Assembly (NCBI RefSeq): GCF_006345805.1
Contig: NC_043008.1
Location: 57,784,001 to 57,848,000, forward strand
DNA: 64,000 nucleotides
Direction of reading: 5' to 3'
Source: Octopus sinensis
Lineage: Eukaryota
Shown here piece by piece: positions 49,622 through 62,339 of the stretch; position 1 is the first letter of the stretch, and every line of letters starts with the position of its first letter. Made by a program: the position numbers and the translations under genes. Under the pieces are notes generated by a model. That model searched no databases. It was not told the DNA's origin and was given only the letters and a program-made list of their open reading frames with translations.

Positions 49622-49847
49622 GTAGGTAGGCACTGCACCCAATTACTGAGGTAGTGGCCTTGTTGCAGGAAGTAACCTTTAGTCTTTTAGCTTTTATTTG
49701 CTTCTCTCATTGGACTGTGGCCATGCTGGGGCACTGCCTTGAAGGGCTACGGCACTGTAAAGAAACCGACATTTGTTGTCAAGTGGTGGTAGGGAACAAA
49801 CACAACAAGAACACAAAGGCACACACACGCACACATGCACACACACA

Positions 49848-49897
<50 letters not shown>

Positions 49898-51126
49898 CTT
49901 TGTTTCATGTTGCTCCAGTTAACTCAGCTGAAGAAATGAGTTGTGATGTCATTGGTGCCAAGTTGTATTAGCCTTTGCCTTTCCCTTGGATAATACCAGT
50001 GGTATGGAGCGGGAAGGCTGGTATGCATGGGCAACTGCTGATCTTTCATAAATAACTTTGCCTGGGCTTGTGCCTCAGACGGGAACTTTCCAGGTGAAAT
50101 TCCATGGTCATTCATGACTAAAAGGGGTCTTTACCCTTACATTCAAATTGGCCATATCTAACCTCTCTCACCTAATGTACACTAACATTCTAAAAATAAA
50201 CAATCACATCATCAAAACTTCAAAGCTATATGATAATGCATAATTAATTCAAAACAATTTTACTCTTTTTTTTAATCTTTTACTTGTTTCAGTCATTTGA
50301 CTGTGGCCATGCTGGAGCACCGCCTTTAGTCAAGCAAATTGACCCTAGGACTTATTCTTTGTAAGCCTAGTACTTATTCTATCAGTCTCTTTTGCTGAAC
50401 CGCTAAGTTACGGGGATATAAACAAACCAGCATCGGTTGTCAAGCAATGTTGGGCGGACAAACACAGACACACAAACATATACACACACACATATATACG
50501 ATGGGCTTCTTTCAGTTTCCGTCTACCAAATCCACTCACAAGGCTTTGGTTGGCCCAAGGCTATAGTAGAAGACACTTGCCCAAGGTGCCACACAGTGGG
50601 ACTGAACCCGGAACCATGTGGCTGGTAAGCAAGCTACTTACCACACAGCCATTCCTACATTTGACTGAGTAATCTGAACATTGATGGGTTAAATATATTA
50701 AGCTGTCTAGTTTGATGTCATAAGTAGGCAGTGGGAGTAAAACTTAGATATCTTTTATAGAAACCAGTAGCAACCTAAAGGTAGATGTGTATCATCATTT
50801 GTTTAATAATGTTATGTTCCCTCAAGTCAAAGATGATGTAAGAATTTGATCTGTATATGTATGTAACCATAAGTACTAGTATCTTTCTGTTTGTAGTGTT
50901 GTTTCACACCTTAGATCAACCACCTCTTGTTTCACACCACGGACCAAAGTTAGTCTTCTGTGTTACACACAGATCACCCAACAATAATTAATAATTATTT
51001 TGTTCTTTTTTTTTTGTGATGCTGTTTTAATTACTTCCATCCTTCATTTTATCCAGTACTGCATCTATTTGTTACAAAATCTCCGAAACAGCTGTTTAAT
51101 ATTTCACTATCATTCTTTTATTTCAG

Positions 51127-51228
51127 TTCAACTGTGAACAGACTCTGAGGCTTCTTTGTCTACTTTCCCTGACGAATGATGGCATTAATTCCAAACACTA
51201 CAAGCAGCTGTCAATACAGTTTATTCAG
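51127..51228 (+). CDS. VPS33B: VPS33B coding exon 14 (FNCEQTLRLLCLLSLTNDGINSKHYKQLSIQFIQ)
   Basis: TTTCAG acceptor, CAG|GTTAGT donor, 102 nt; LRLLCLLS motif. Confidence 0.95.
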
Positions 51229-51614
51229 GTTAGTTTCCAAATGATTTCTTTGTTTCCGTTAAAAGACTTAAAGACCAAATCCCTCATGTGACATATGGCT
51301 GTAGCAGTCATTTCTATTATTTTATTTTATTTTTATTCTATTATTTTATTTTATTTTTTGTGGTTTAGAAGCTTATTTTGCATCCATATGGTTTGGAATT
51401 CAGTGCAACTGTATGGTTTGGGCAAGTGTCTTCTTGCACTGCACTGTAGAACTGGAAGTTGTTGGAAAGGATTTCTCTGAATAAGAATACTTGAAAAGAG
51501 TATGTTGATGACATACATTCCGTGGATAGGGAATTGGGGAACTGAGTGGTAAAGGAAGAGGATTATGTTGATGCCTTATGTTCCATAGGGAGTTGAAAGT
51601 TAAAAAAAAGGAAT

Positions 51615-52060
51615 ATAATAATAATATTAATAATAATCATAATAATAATAATAATATTGAAATTATTGTATACAGTGCTCAGGTGCACCACAACTTGTCA
51701 AAAGTGCATGTAAAACATATGCAGTAATGTACAAATGTCTGGAAAGTGAACAGTGTATGAGTCAGATACATGCTTGCGTGTGTATGGAGGGGAGAAAATC
51801 AGGTGTAGTGTTGGCGAATCTCAGGAAGCATGGAAGTTTTGAAGGATGCAGTGCTCCGACAACTAACAACAGATGCCGGCAGTTTGTTCCATACTTCAGC
51901 AACTCTTAGTGTGAAAAAATGTTTCTGAAAGTCATGGGAGTTGTGCTGTTTTCTGACTTTGTAAACATGTCCACGGGTGTTAGACAGGTGGAGTTTGAAA
52001 AGGTGCTCAGAGTTATTGTTAGTAAGATGGTTAATAATTTTATGGGTGTCTGCCAAGTCA
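51615..52060 (-). mobile_element. CR1-like LINE 3' end
   Basis: SNTRGHVYKVRK...KHFFTLRVAEVWNKLPASVV motif; (TTA)n tail. Confidence 0.85.
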
Positions 52061-53348
52061 GCATATGTTAGTAGCCTATTTTTTGATGGGGAAGCTAAAG
52101 AACAAGGAATATATTGATGACCTCTATTTCACTGGGGAGCTAAAGATAATGAAGGAACCTGTGTTGATTGCCTATGTTCTATAGGGAGCTGAAATATAAA
52201 GGATGAATATTTTAGTGGCCTACATTTTCTGATGAGTGGAGACCAAGAAAGAGAAGATTACTTTTCAGATTTTTACTTTCACCAGAAGTAAACTCTAAGC
52301 AACACATGTTCAGTAATTATTTAGGGCTGTAATATATAGTCTAATTACATGGGTTGAACTTGTGAAATTGCGATTAGTATTTTACCCCTTAAGCCCTTTT
52401 AATACTAACTTAGTTGGGGCTATCTCTAATTCTATGATACAAAAACCTGTTTTATGTTCTTTTATTCTTTTACTTGTTTCGATCATTTGAATGCTGCCAT
52501 GCTGGGGCACCACCTTGAGGGGTTTTAGTCAAATAAATTGACCCCAGGATTTATTTTTTATAGCCTAGTGCTTATTCTGTTGGTCTCATTTGCCAAACTG
52601 CTTAGTTACAGGGCATAAACACACTAACACCAGTTGTCAAGCAGTAATGGGGGGGACAAACACATAGAGATATACATATATATACAACAGGTTTCTTTCA
52701 GTTTCCGTCTACCAAATCCACTCACATGGCTTAGGTCAGCCTGAGGTTATAGTAGAGGACACTTGCCCAAGGTGTCACATGGTGGGACTGAACCCAGAAC
52801 CATGTGGTTGAGAAGCAAGATTCTTACCACACAGCCACACCTGTTGATCATATTTATATTAAAACCTTCCATTATAATTTTATATAAGAACCATTCTTAT
52901 TTCTTTACTGCCCACAAGGGACTACACACAAAGAGGACAAAAAAGGACAGACAAACGGATTAAGTTGATTATATCGACCCCAGTGCATAACTGGTACTTA
53001 TTTAATCGACCCCGAAAGGATGAAAGGCAAAGTCAACCTTGGCGGAATTTGAACTCAGAACGTAGTGGCAGACAAAATACTGCTAAGCATTTCACCCGGC
53101 ATGCTAACGATTCTGCCAGTTCGCTGCCTTTACCCATTCTGTAAGAACCATTCTGTTAAGTTATGTTCCAAGCATTTTATAACAAAGAGGTTAATTATTT
53201 TACTGAATCACATTTTTCTTTTGTTAGGAATATAATCAAGAAAGTCATAGTCTTTTGTTACATGACACCATGAACTTTTCTGAACAATAAAATTTCATTT
53301 GAGTTAAAATTTTGTTTGTTGAAATTTCCTTTACATTATCATTTGTAG

Positions 53349-53513
53349 ACATATGGCTTTGATATGTTGCCAACTTTACATAACCTGCGCAAACTCCATC
53401 TGTTCATGGAACAAGAGCAGTCACTGAGTAAACCCCTTGGGAAAATGGCTGCTGGAGTAGCAGCAATGGCCAAGAGGAGCAGCTACCAAGCTTTAGTGAA
53501 AAAACTCAACCTA
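53349..53513 (+). CDS. VPS33B: VPS33B coding exon 15 (TYGFDMLPTLHNLRKLHLF...AKRSSYQALVKKLNL)
   Basis: TTGTAG acceptor, GTAAGT donor, 165 nt. Confidence 0.94.
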
Positions 53514-54180
53514 GTAAGTACATTCGTAAATGTTGTTGTTCTTATTTGTTATTTTTTGTCCCTCCCCCCAGTCAGCCTTTACTGAACAGACTTATGATCA
53601 AGGGTGTTCTGACCATCACCGCTTTCTCCTGTGTATCTATGGTACAGAAGACAAAAGACAGAGACAGGTGATGGAACAACAAACAGGTGTATTAGAACTG
53701 CATTATTAAACGAGCAAAACGACCCCTCCTCCGTCCGTTGGACGGTGCTGAGTTGTCAAACATTTAAACCAAATTTTCTCAAAACACTTGTCCGACCGTC
53801 CCATAGGCCTTCCCTTTGAGAAACACTGATTTAACCTAAATTTGAGACACCAGCAAAAGAAGAAATAAAGATAGACTTTTTTCTATTCCAAAGAAAAAAG
53901 GTCAACACTCTGATGATGTTGAGGATGGTGGCTGTGGGAATGGCGTAGTGGCACTTGTGGTATTTTCTGCAAGTCCCCTCAACAAACTTGACATGTCTCA
54001 ATAAAAGATAGACTGGTATCTAAAACTGCTGTCTGCAGATAAAGGTAATGAAATTTAGAATGGATGTAGCTGATTTTCATAGTAAAAGGGTCAACACTCT
54101 GATGATGTTGATGATGGCGGCTGTGGGAGTGGCGTAGTGGCACTTGTGGTGGTGGTGGTGGTGGTTCCACTGTTTGATGG

Positions 54181-54658
54181 TCTGAATTATCTGCTCCTTC
54201 CTGATATGAAAACAGATTCCTCCCCACCCCCATACTCATCAATATGTTTTTTTTTCTCTTTTTTCCTTTTCTTTGCTTTTCAAGGTCCCCAAATCTGCTG
54301 TACAGCAAGACACCTTGTTTGAAGAGTAATCTATTGATAATTAAGTGCCCTCAAATACCTCTCACATCTGAATAATCTGCTCCTTCCTGATATGAAAACA
54401 GATCCTCCCCCTTCATACTCATCAATATGCTTTTTTTCTTTTTTCTTTTTCTTTGCTTTTCAAGGTCCCCAAATCTGCTGTACAGCAAGACACCTTGTTT
54501 GAAGAGTAATCTATTGATAATTAAGTGCCCTCAAATACCTCTCAAATCTGAATTACCCGTTCCTTCCTGATATCAAAACAGATCCCCTCCACATACTGAT
54601 CAATATGTTTTTTTCTTTTTTTCTTTTCCTTTGCTTTTCAAGGTTCCTAAATCTGCTG
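54181..54658 (+). repeat. Tandem triplication (~180-bp period) of the exon-16 3' splice-site region
   Basis: Units start at 54181, 54367 and 54547. Each has the pyrimidine tract, TTGCTTTTCAAG and GTYCCYAAATCTGCTG. Confidence 0.93.
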
Positions 54659-54744
54659 AAGACATCAATTTAAAAAGTCCCCGTGATATGTCATATGTTT
54701 TTAGTGGTGCGTATACTCCAACCTCGTGCCGCCTGGTTGAGGAG
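54643..54744 (+). CDS. VPS33B: VPS33B coding exon 16 (VPKSAEDINLKSPRDMSYVFSGAYTPTSCRLVEE)
   Basis: Pyrimidine tract plus uncommon AAG acceptor; GAG|GTAGGT donor; 102 nt. Confidence 0.94.
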
Positions 54745-55751
54745 GTAGGTAAAAATATTCACTTTTAGCTCTGGTACCACAATCTAATGCTTCAAAAAAT
54801 CATTCAAATCATATCAGCATTGAAAGAATATAAAACATTGTGGGGTTAAGAAGCTTGCTTCCTGACCATGTGGTTTTCAGTTCAGTTACACCACATGATC
54901 CCTTAAGCAAGTGTCATTTACTGTAGCCTTGGGCTGGGCTAACCAAAGCGTGTGTGCCCTTGTCTATACATAATGCATGGTTGCAAACGGGTATCATTGT
55001 CACACAGCAAAGCTGTTCATTTCTAGTCTTCTATGAAAACACGTCTAGCAATGACAAAATATTACCTTGCTTGGGTTAGGGTCAAAACTAATCACTCGGT
55101 TAGTTACAATGACGAGGGTTCCAGCTGAGCTGATCAATGGAAAAATCTGCTCATGAAATTAGCATGCTAATGGTTGAGCACTCCACAGACACACACACTT
55201 GACATAGCTATTACTATCTCTCTCTCCCCTCTCCTTCTATTCTGATTGTTACCATCAACCATCTTTTGTCAAACGCTTACCATCTTTTGTCATTCGCTAC
55301 ATCTATCTCTTGTCCAATTTCTACTCATCTGTCATTCTCCTCCACATTTTTGTGGAATTACCCACTCTTTCCTTCCCTCATAATTTATGGACTATATTCC
55401 CTCTTATACTCGCCTTTTTGTACCTTGTGAGTATGCCCTGGCACCCTGTCACCACCATCTTCATTTCCCTTCCAGCTACTCCCACCCATTCTTGCACATC
55501 GTGAAGAAGAAATGTATCTCCTGTATAGCAAGACACCTAGTTTGAAGAGAGTAATATATTGATAATTAAGCACCCTCAAATACCTCTCACATCTTCTGAG
55601 TGTGTGTGTGTGTGTGTGTGTGATAAACATTTGTGGTCAAAAAGTAATAGAAAATTTGCAGTATTTTCAAAATTTCTCAAATATGTGATAATTCTTTTGA
55701 AAATTTGAAATCTGATTGTGTAGTAAATATTTACATTTTTATCAATCACAG

Positions 55752-55845
55752 GTTCTAACTAGAAATGGTTTCACTGGTTTGGAAGATGTGACAAAATTAT
55801 TGCCTGGTGAAACATTCTGTAGTATACGATCTCCTATTCCTAAAG
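55752..55845 (+). CDS. VPS33B: VPS33B coding exon 17 (VLTRNGFTGLEDVTKLLPGETFCSIRSPIPK)
   Basis: CACAG acceptor, AAG|GTAAGT donor, 94 nt, phase 0/1. Confidence 0.92.
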
Positions 55846-57076
55846 GTAAGTTCTTCCTTGGTTATGTTTTACTTGTTTCAGTCATTGGACTGCAGCCATT
55901 CTAGGGCACTGCTTTGAAGGGTTTTAGTTGAATGAATCAACCCCATTAGTTATATATTTTTTTTTCCCTCTCTCTCTCTTTCGGAGAGGCACAAGCACCT
56001 ACATGCACATATACACACACGGCAGTAACTTCCGCCTGCCGAATTCAATCACAAAACTTCGGTCGGCTTGGGGCTATAGCGGAAGACACCTACCCAAAGT
56101 GCCACACAGTGGAACTGAACCCGAAACCATGTAGCTAGGAAGCAAGCTCCCTAACCACACAGCCATGCCCATATTTTTTTAAAGCCTGGTACTTATTCTG
56201 TTGGAAAACAATGTTACTCTGTAGAAGGGAAACTTTGCTTGTTGGGCAGAATTTGAATTCAGAGTGCAATGATCCAGAACTAGTACTGCAAAGCTTCTTC
56301 ATCCAATGCGTCAATAATTCAAGTCCAACATCATTCTATCACTCTACAAGTCATTTCGCCAGATAAATTCTGATGTGTTCTTAAAAAGGTTCAACTGCAT
56401 GAAATGTCTTCAATCACAAGAGGAGAGCTATATAAGAAATCTGAGCTACATAACCTGGCACTTTTAGCTTATCGATCCTCGAAGGATGGAGAGCAATGTC
56501 GATCTCAAGTGCAAAGAACAGGAAACGAATATGGCAAGGCATTCTGTCTTATGCTCTAACAATCCTATACTAATTTGTCAGTTGTCTCTTACTTGTTTCA
56601 GTCATTTAACTGCGACCATGCTGGAGCACTGCTTCGAAGGGTTTTTAGTTGAACAAGAATAAATCGCCCCCGTTATTTATTCTGTCTATCTCTTTTGCTA
56701 AACTGCTAAATTATGGAGATGTGAACAAACCAACACCGGTTGTCCAGCTGTTGTGGGAGACATAAATAAAGACGTACACACACACACACCACACACACAC
56801 ACACACATACATACATATATACATATATACAATGAGCCTCTGCACAGTTTCCATCAACCAAATCCACTCACAAGGCATTGGTCATTCTGGAGCTATAATA
56901 AATGACACTTGCCCAAGGTACTGTATAGTGAGACTGAACCTGAAACCACGTGGTTGCAAAGCATGCTTCTTAACCTCATGGCTAGCTGTATCTAAAAAAA
57001 CAAAATCCCCAAAACCTTTCAGGTCGTTCATCTTCTAATCCCATATGTCCTGTTTTTTTTTTCTTCTTCATTACAG

Positions 57077-57190
57077 GCAAATCAAAAGGTTCTCCTGATT
57101 ATCCTGCTGCCAGAGTAGTGATGGTATTTTTCCTTGGTGGATGCACGTTTGCAGAAATAGCAGCGCTACGTTTACTGGGGCGTGAAAAAG
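57077..57190 (+). CDS. VPS33B: VPS33B coding exon 18 (GKSKGSPDYPAARVVMVFFLGGCTFAEIAALRLLGREK)
   Basis: TTACAG acceptor, AAG|GTGAGG donor, 114 nt; Sec1 C-terminal GGCTxxEI motif. Confidence 0.96.
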
Positions 57191-59949
57191 GTGAGGGCGT
57201 TATTTCTTTTTATCCTTGTATTGAACCCCTTGATTGGAAACAATGTGTGAGAAATAAATGGTAGTTCTTTACCATTTAATTATTTTTTGGTTAAAAAGAG
57301 ACGATGAGCGATGGCTAGAAGAATATTGAGCTTTATTTGATAACCAGCTGATCTAGCAAGTGGGACCTCATATCAGTGAGTGGGGTGCCGGTGCGCATTG
57401 ACGCCGTCAAGAGGTAGGCCCTGAAATGGCTCGCATTCTCTCCTGATGACCTCATACATTTGCTGGCTTCCAGTATGCAGAGTTTTTGACTGGTAGCACT
57501 TGCATGTGCAAGTTGTTTGCAAGACACATCTTATGACTTAATGAGAATGGGTGAGATCAGTGTTGTAATTCTTTCAAAACTTCAGCATCATTCTTTGTGC
57601 TGTATCAGTTTTAACAAAGGACCGAGATATGTGGTGCACTGCTGTTACTTAAGAAGACCCATCCATCGCAACAGAAATGAGATCCTAGAACCAAGGTGCC
57701 ACATACAAAGCATTGGTGTGGATGCTGGTGCCTTGTAAAAAGCCCTGGTGCTGGTGTCATGTAAAAAGCATTTGTAATGGTGCCATGTAAAAAGCACCCA
57801 GTACACTCTGTAAAGTGGTTGGTGTTAGGAAGGGCTTGCAGGTGTGGAGACCAAGCTGAAACAGACTATGGGACCTGGTGTGGCCCCTAGCCTTGCCAGT
57901 TCCTGTCAAGTCATCCATCTCATGCCAGCATGAAAAATGGACATTAAATGTTGATGATGATGATTCTGAGTTAACTCTTTTACTATGGAAATCGGATATC
58001 ATCATCATCATCATCATTGTTTAATGTCTGATTTCCATGCTAGCATGGGTTGGACGATTTGACTGAGGACTGGCGAACCAGATGGCTGCACCAGGCTCCA
58101 ATCTTGATCTGGCAGAGTTTCTACAGCTGGATGCCATTCCTAATGCCAACCATTCTGAGAGTGTAATGGGTGCTTTTACGTACCACCGGCATGAGAGCCA
58201 GTCAGGTGGTACAGGCAACGGTCATGAAAAAATTGTGTTTTTTTTTTACATGTCACCTGCACACCGGCACAAGTGCCAGCAGTAAGGCGACGCTGGTAAC
58301 GATCATGCTTGAATGGTGTTTTTTATGTGCCACCGGCACAAATGCCAGTTAGCCACTCTGGCAACGATCACACTCAGATGGTGCTCTTAGTGCTTCACTA
58401 GCACAGATGCCAGTCATCGAATTTGATTTCAATTTCACTTGCCTCAACAGGTTTTTGCAAGCAGTGTCCAATGAAGGGAAGGTACGCATAAGTGGAATAT
58501 ATCTCCTCAAAATTTCATTACCCTTACTCTTAACTCTGGAAAGCAATTTTATATGCCAATCTGTCTTTTGTTGAGGAATGTCATGTTTGAAACTATTTTC
58601 TGCTGAGATAGGTGAGGTTTATTGAAGTAACATAACTTTCAGAAAATACCAATTCTGTTTTGGTTTTGGTAGATATCTAAAATCATTACTGGAATAATCA
58701 TGAAATTTAATTTCACAGTGAAATAGGTGTAGGAGTGGCTGTGTGGTAAGTAGCTTGCTTACCAACCACATGGTTCTGGGTTCAGTCCCACTGCATGGCA
58801 CCTTGGGCAAGTGTCTGCTACTATAGCCTTGGGCCGACCAAAGCCTTGTGTGTGGATTTGGTAGATGGAAACTGAAAGAAGCCCGTCATATATATATGTA
58901 TATGTATGTGTGTCTGTGTGTGTGTATATGTTTGTGTATCTGTGTTTGTCCGCCCCCAACATCGCCTGACAACCGGTTCTGGTGTATTTATGTCCCCGTA
59001 ACTTAGCAGTTCGGTGAAAGAGACCGTTAGAATAAGTACTAGGCTTACAAAGAATAAGTCCTGGGGTCAATTTGCTCGACTAAAGGTGGTGCTCCAGCAT
59101 GGCCACAGTCGAATGACTGAAACAAATAAAAGAGTAAAAGAGTGAAAGGGTTGAAGTACAGTTCTGTTGCTGAGAGGCTCTCATTTTCAGCTGAGTATGC
59201 TGGAACAATGTGAAATGAGGTGTCTTGTCCAAGGACACAACATGCTACCTAATCTGGAGATTGAACCCACGAACTGTACTATTACATGTCAAATACTGTA
59301 ATCACTAGTTCACATGACTTCACAGTTCATAACTTACAGGGAAGGAAACTAAAATATTTTATGCTGCTTTTTTGCCACTTTAATAGCAGTAGTAATTAGC
59401 ACCTTGAGCAAGTATTTTCTTTTATAGCCCTGAGCTGACCAAAACCTTGTGAATGAATTTTGTAGACAGAAACTGAAAGAAGCCCATTGCATACAGATGC
59501 ATATGTGTGCGTGTGTGCATGTGTGTGTGTTAACTATGTTAAGGGTACAAATGTTTGTGGAAATTGAAGGCAGCGAGCTGGCAGAATCGTTAGCACGCCG
59601 GGCAAAATGCTTAGCAGGATTTCGTCTGCCGCTACGTTCTGAGTTCAAATTCCGCCGAGGTCGACTTTGCCTTTCATCCTTTCGGGGTCGACTAAATAAG
59701 TACCAGTTACGCACTGGGGTCGATATAATCGACTTAATCTGTTTGTCTGTCCTTCTGTGTTTAGCCCCTTGTGGGTAGTAAAGAAATAGGTGCAAATGTT
59801 TGTGGAGTGCTCAGCCACTTACACATTAATTTCATGGCAGTTCTGTTGATCAAAACCCTTGTCATAACCAGCAGAGTGCCAATCATACACACATACACGC
59901 ACACACAAATTGTTATTTATTTATCTAACAATATTTTATCTTTTGACAG

Positions 59950-60023
59950 GTTACCAATTCTTGATTGCAACGACGTGCATCACAAACGGAAGCCGTATGA
60001 TTCAATCTTTTATGGACAACTAA
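59950..60023 (+). CDS. VPS33B: VPS33B terminal coding exon 19 (GYQFLIATTCITNGSRMIQSFMDN*)
   Basis: TTGACAG acceptor, phase 1, TAA at 60021-60023; resembles human [21 protein letters not shown]. Confidence 0.94.
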
Positions 60024-61056
60024 TTAACTGTTAAATAATAACGACACACACAAACTACAACCGTACTTTGTGCAAGTACAAGGCATTTACATTTACATGC
60101 CTGTGAAAAACAGAACGACAAACAAAAAACAATTGTTAAGATTCTTTTGATACCAAAGCTCTTTGAAGAAAAAAAAAATACAAAACGAAACATATCATTG
60201 AATTTAGCTTTAAGCAATGTGCAACTGTGAAAGGTTTACTGCGAGATTATGTAGCTTGGATTTCTTGTATAGCTCTCCTCTTGTGATTGAAGACATGCCG
60301 TGCAGTTGAACCTTTTTAAGAACACATAAGAATTTATCTGCTGAAATGACTTGTAGGGTGACAAAATGATGTTGGACTTGAAAATCTAAAATATTCTCTC
60401 AAGCAATGCAGAAGAGAATGTCTTGGATATTTCGAGACTGTTGAGGTGCCTGTGAAGAATATATCGTAATTGAGGAGATTTCTGCTTATAAAAATGCCAG
60501 TTTGGTGAAAATGAAAGGCTGAGGAATCACAATGAAGCACTAACAGGCTGAGTGAATTGAATTGTGGATATTGGGGGATGGCATGGCACCCGTGATTGGA
60601 ATCTTTATAAGTCCGACGAGAGATGGGAAGGAAACAATCAACCGATTAACAGCTAACGAGTTCGTTTTGCACTTTTGTATACTTAGTAGCTGAAATAGCC
60701 TGCGAAAGGCTGTGATAAACTTAACACACATGCACACACACACACATGCATGTACTCATGCATACACAAACACACACACACACACATGCATGTACTCATG
60801 CATACACAAACACACACACACACACATGCATGAATTCATGCATACACAAACACACACATGCATGAATTCATGCATACACGCACACACACACATATGCATG
60901 TATTCATGCATGCACAAACACACATACACATGTGTGCACACAAATGCATGCATTCGTGCACACACGCAGACACACACACACACACAGATATTATGTGTTG
61001 CTATCATGTGACAGTAACAGTATGTTCAGAATATTCTAGCAATTTCTATACCAAAG

Positions 61057-61069
61057 AATAAATAATAAA
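61057..61069 (+). terminator. Candidate polyadenylation signals for VPS33B (two AATAAA)
   Basis: First canonical AATAAA hexamers I found after the stop, at 61057 and 61064; usage not verified. Confidence 0.35.
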
Positions 61070-61445
61070 AAAGAAAAGGCAAAATTCCACATAAACAGAT
61101 TTCCCAGTGAAACCCCAGAATCCTGAATATCTACTAGAGTATTCATAGATAGATATACATACACACATCTCTAAACATTCCATGTTGACATTATGACTAG
61201 TTGCTCTGTGCTTTCGAAGTCCTGTAGAATAAAGGAACCTTTTACTTGAAAAAAAACCCAGAAAGCATTGGTGACTGGAAGAGCATCTCTCTGTAAAATC
61301 CTGCCTCAATATAACTCATGCTAGCATGGAAAAATAAACGCTGAATGAAGGAACAAACATATATGAGTGTGTGTGTGTCTGTCTGTAATGTGTGTACGTG
61401 TGTGTGTGTATATATATATATATATATCGAGTAATGTAACATATT

Positions 61446-61506
<61 letters not shown>

Positions 61507-61604
61507 GGAAAGTTTTACGAAAATAAACAAAAGACGAAGACAGGTGGTGTACAAAACAAACAGATGCATTAGTATAGCGCTCAGGAACTCAGGAATAGAA
61601 AAAG

Positions 61605-61641
61605 TCTTTTACGTTTCGAGCGTACGCTCTTCTACAGAGAG
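61605..61641 (-). ncRNA. Minimal hammerhead-like motif in a Penelope-like fragment
   Basis: CTGTAGA-A-GAGC-GTAC-GCTC-GAAACGTA; core position A6 deviates. Confidence 0.4.
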
Positions 61642-61670
61642 GTACACAGAAAAAACAAGGAGAGAAAAAA

Positions 61671-61716
<46 letters not shown>

Positions 61717-62339
61717 TAAAGAGTAAAGATCCCCTCTCTGTCATGAAAACTATGGGATTGCACCTAGAAATTTCCCTTCCAAAGCACAAGTCCAGGCAAG
61801 GTTGTTTATGGAAGACCAGCAGTTACCCATGTCTCCCCTCTACACACCACTGATGTTATCCAAGGGAAAGGCAAAGGCCGATACAGTTTGGCACCAGTGA
61901 TGTTGCAACTCATTTCTACAGCTGAGTGAACTGGAGCAACGTGAAAATAAAGTGTCTTGCTCAAAAACACCACACATAACCCTGTTTAGGAATTGAACTC
62001 ACAACCTCACCATTGTAAGCCTAATGCTCTAACCACTGATCTATGCACTTTCACAACACACACACAGACACACACACACATACACATACACATACACACA
62101 CAAACAGATGCATGTATAGTATAAATTATCAGCTAAGGTATTTAAGTTAGAAACACTATACATTTGTAAACATCAGTCTGAGATCAGAGGAAATAACAAA
62201 TACATTCTTGTGTTGGACCTCTCAGTGTGGATCTTGACAGCCTGTAGCTCTTTGATGACCTTCAACTGATGTGCATACCAGTATGCCATGTATATATGCA
62301 TGCATGTGTGTGTGTGTGGTGTGTGTGTGTGTGTGGTGT

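Larger units (their letters stand above)
27162..60023 (+). other. VPS33B: Vacuolar protein sorting-associated protein 33B gene span (19 coding exons, 602 aa; Sec1/Munc18 family)
   Basis: Manually spliced exons give one open frame of 1809 nt with matching intron phases. Motifs MPGQKDLVLDGELMKPLDRI, IDRDVDFVTPLSSQLTYEGILDETF, IRNKHFSTVF, HIGACE, PRDMSYVFSGAY and VFFLGGCTFAEIAALR are collinear with human VPS33B as I recall it. Confidence 0.95.

Noticed and set aside
60230-60720. Convergent minus-strand gene, or hAT transposase remnant, in the 3' UTR
   Set aside because: All frames are interrupted by stops; only a faint resemblance to a hAT C-terminus, not enough to annotate.
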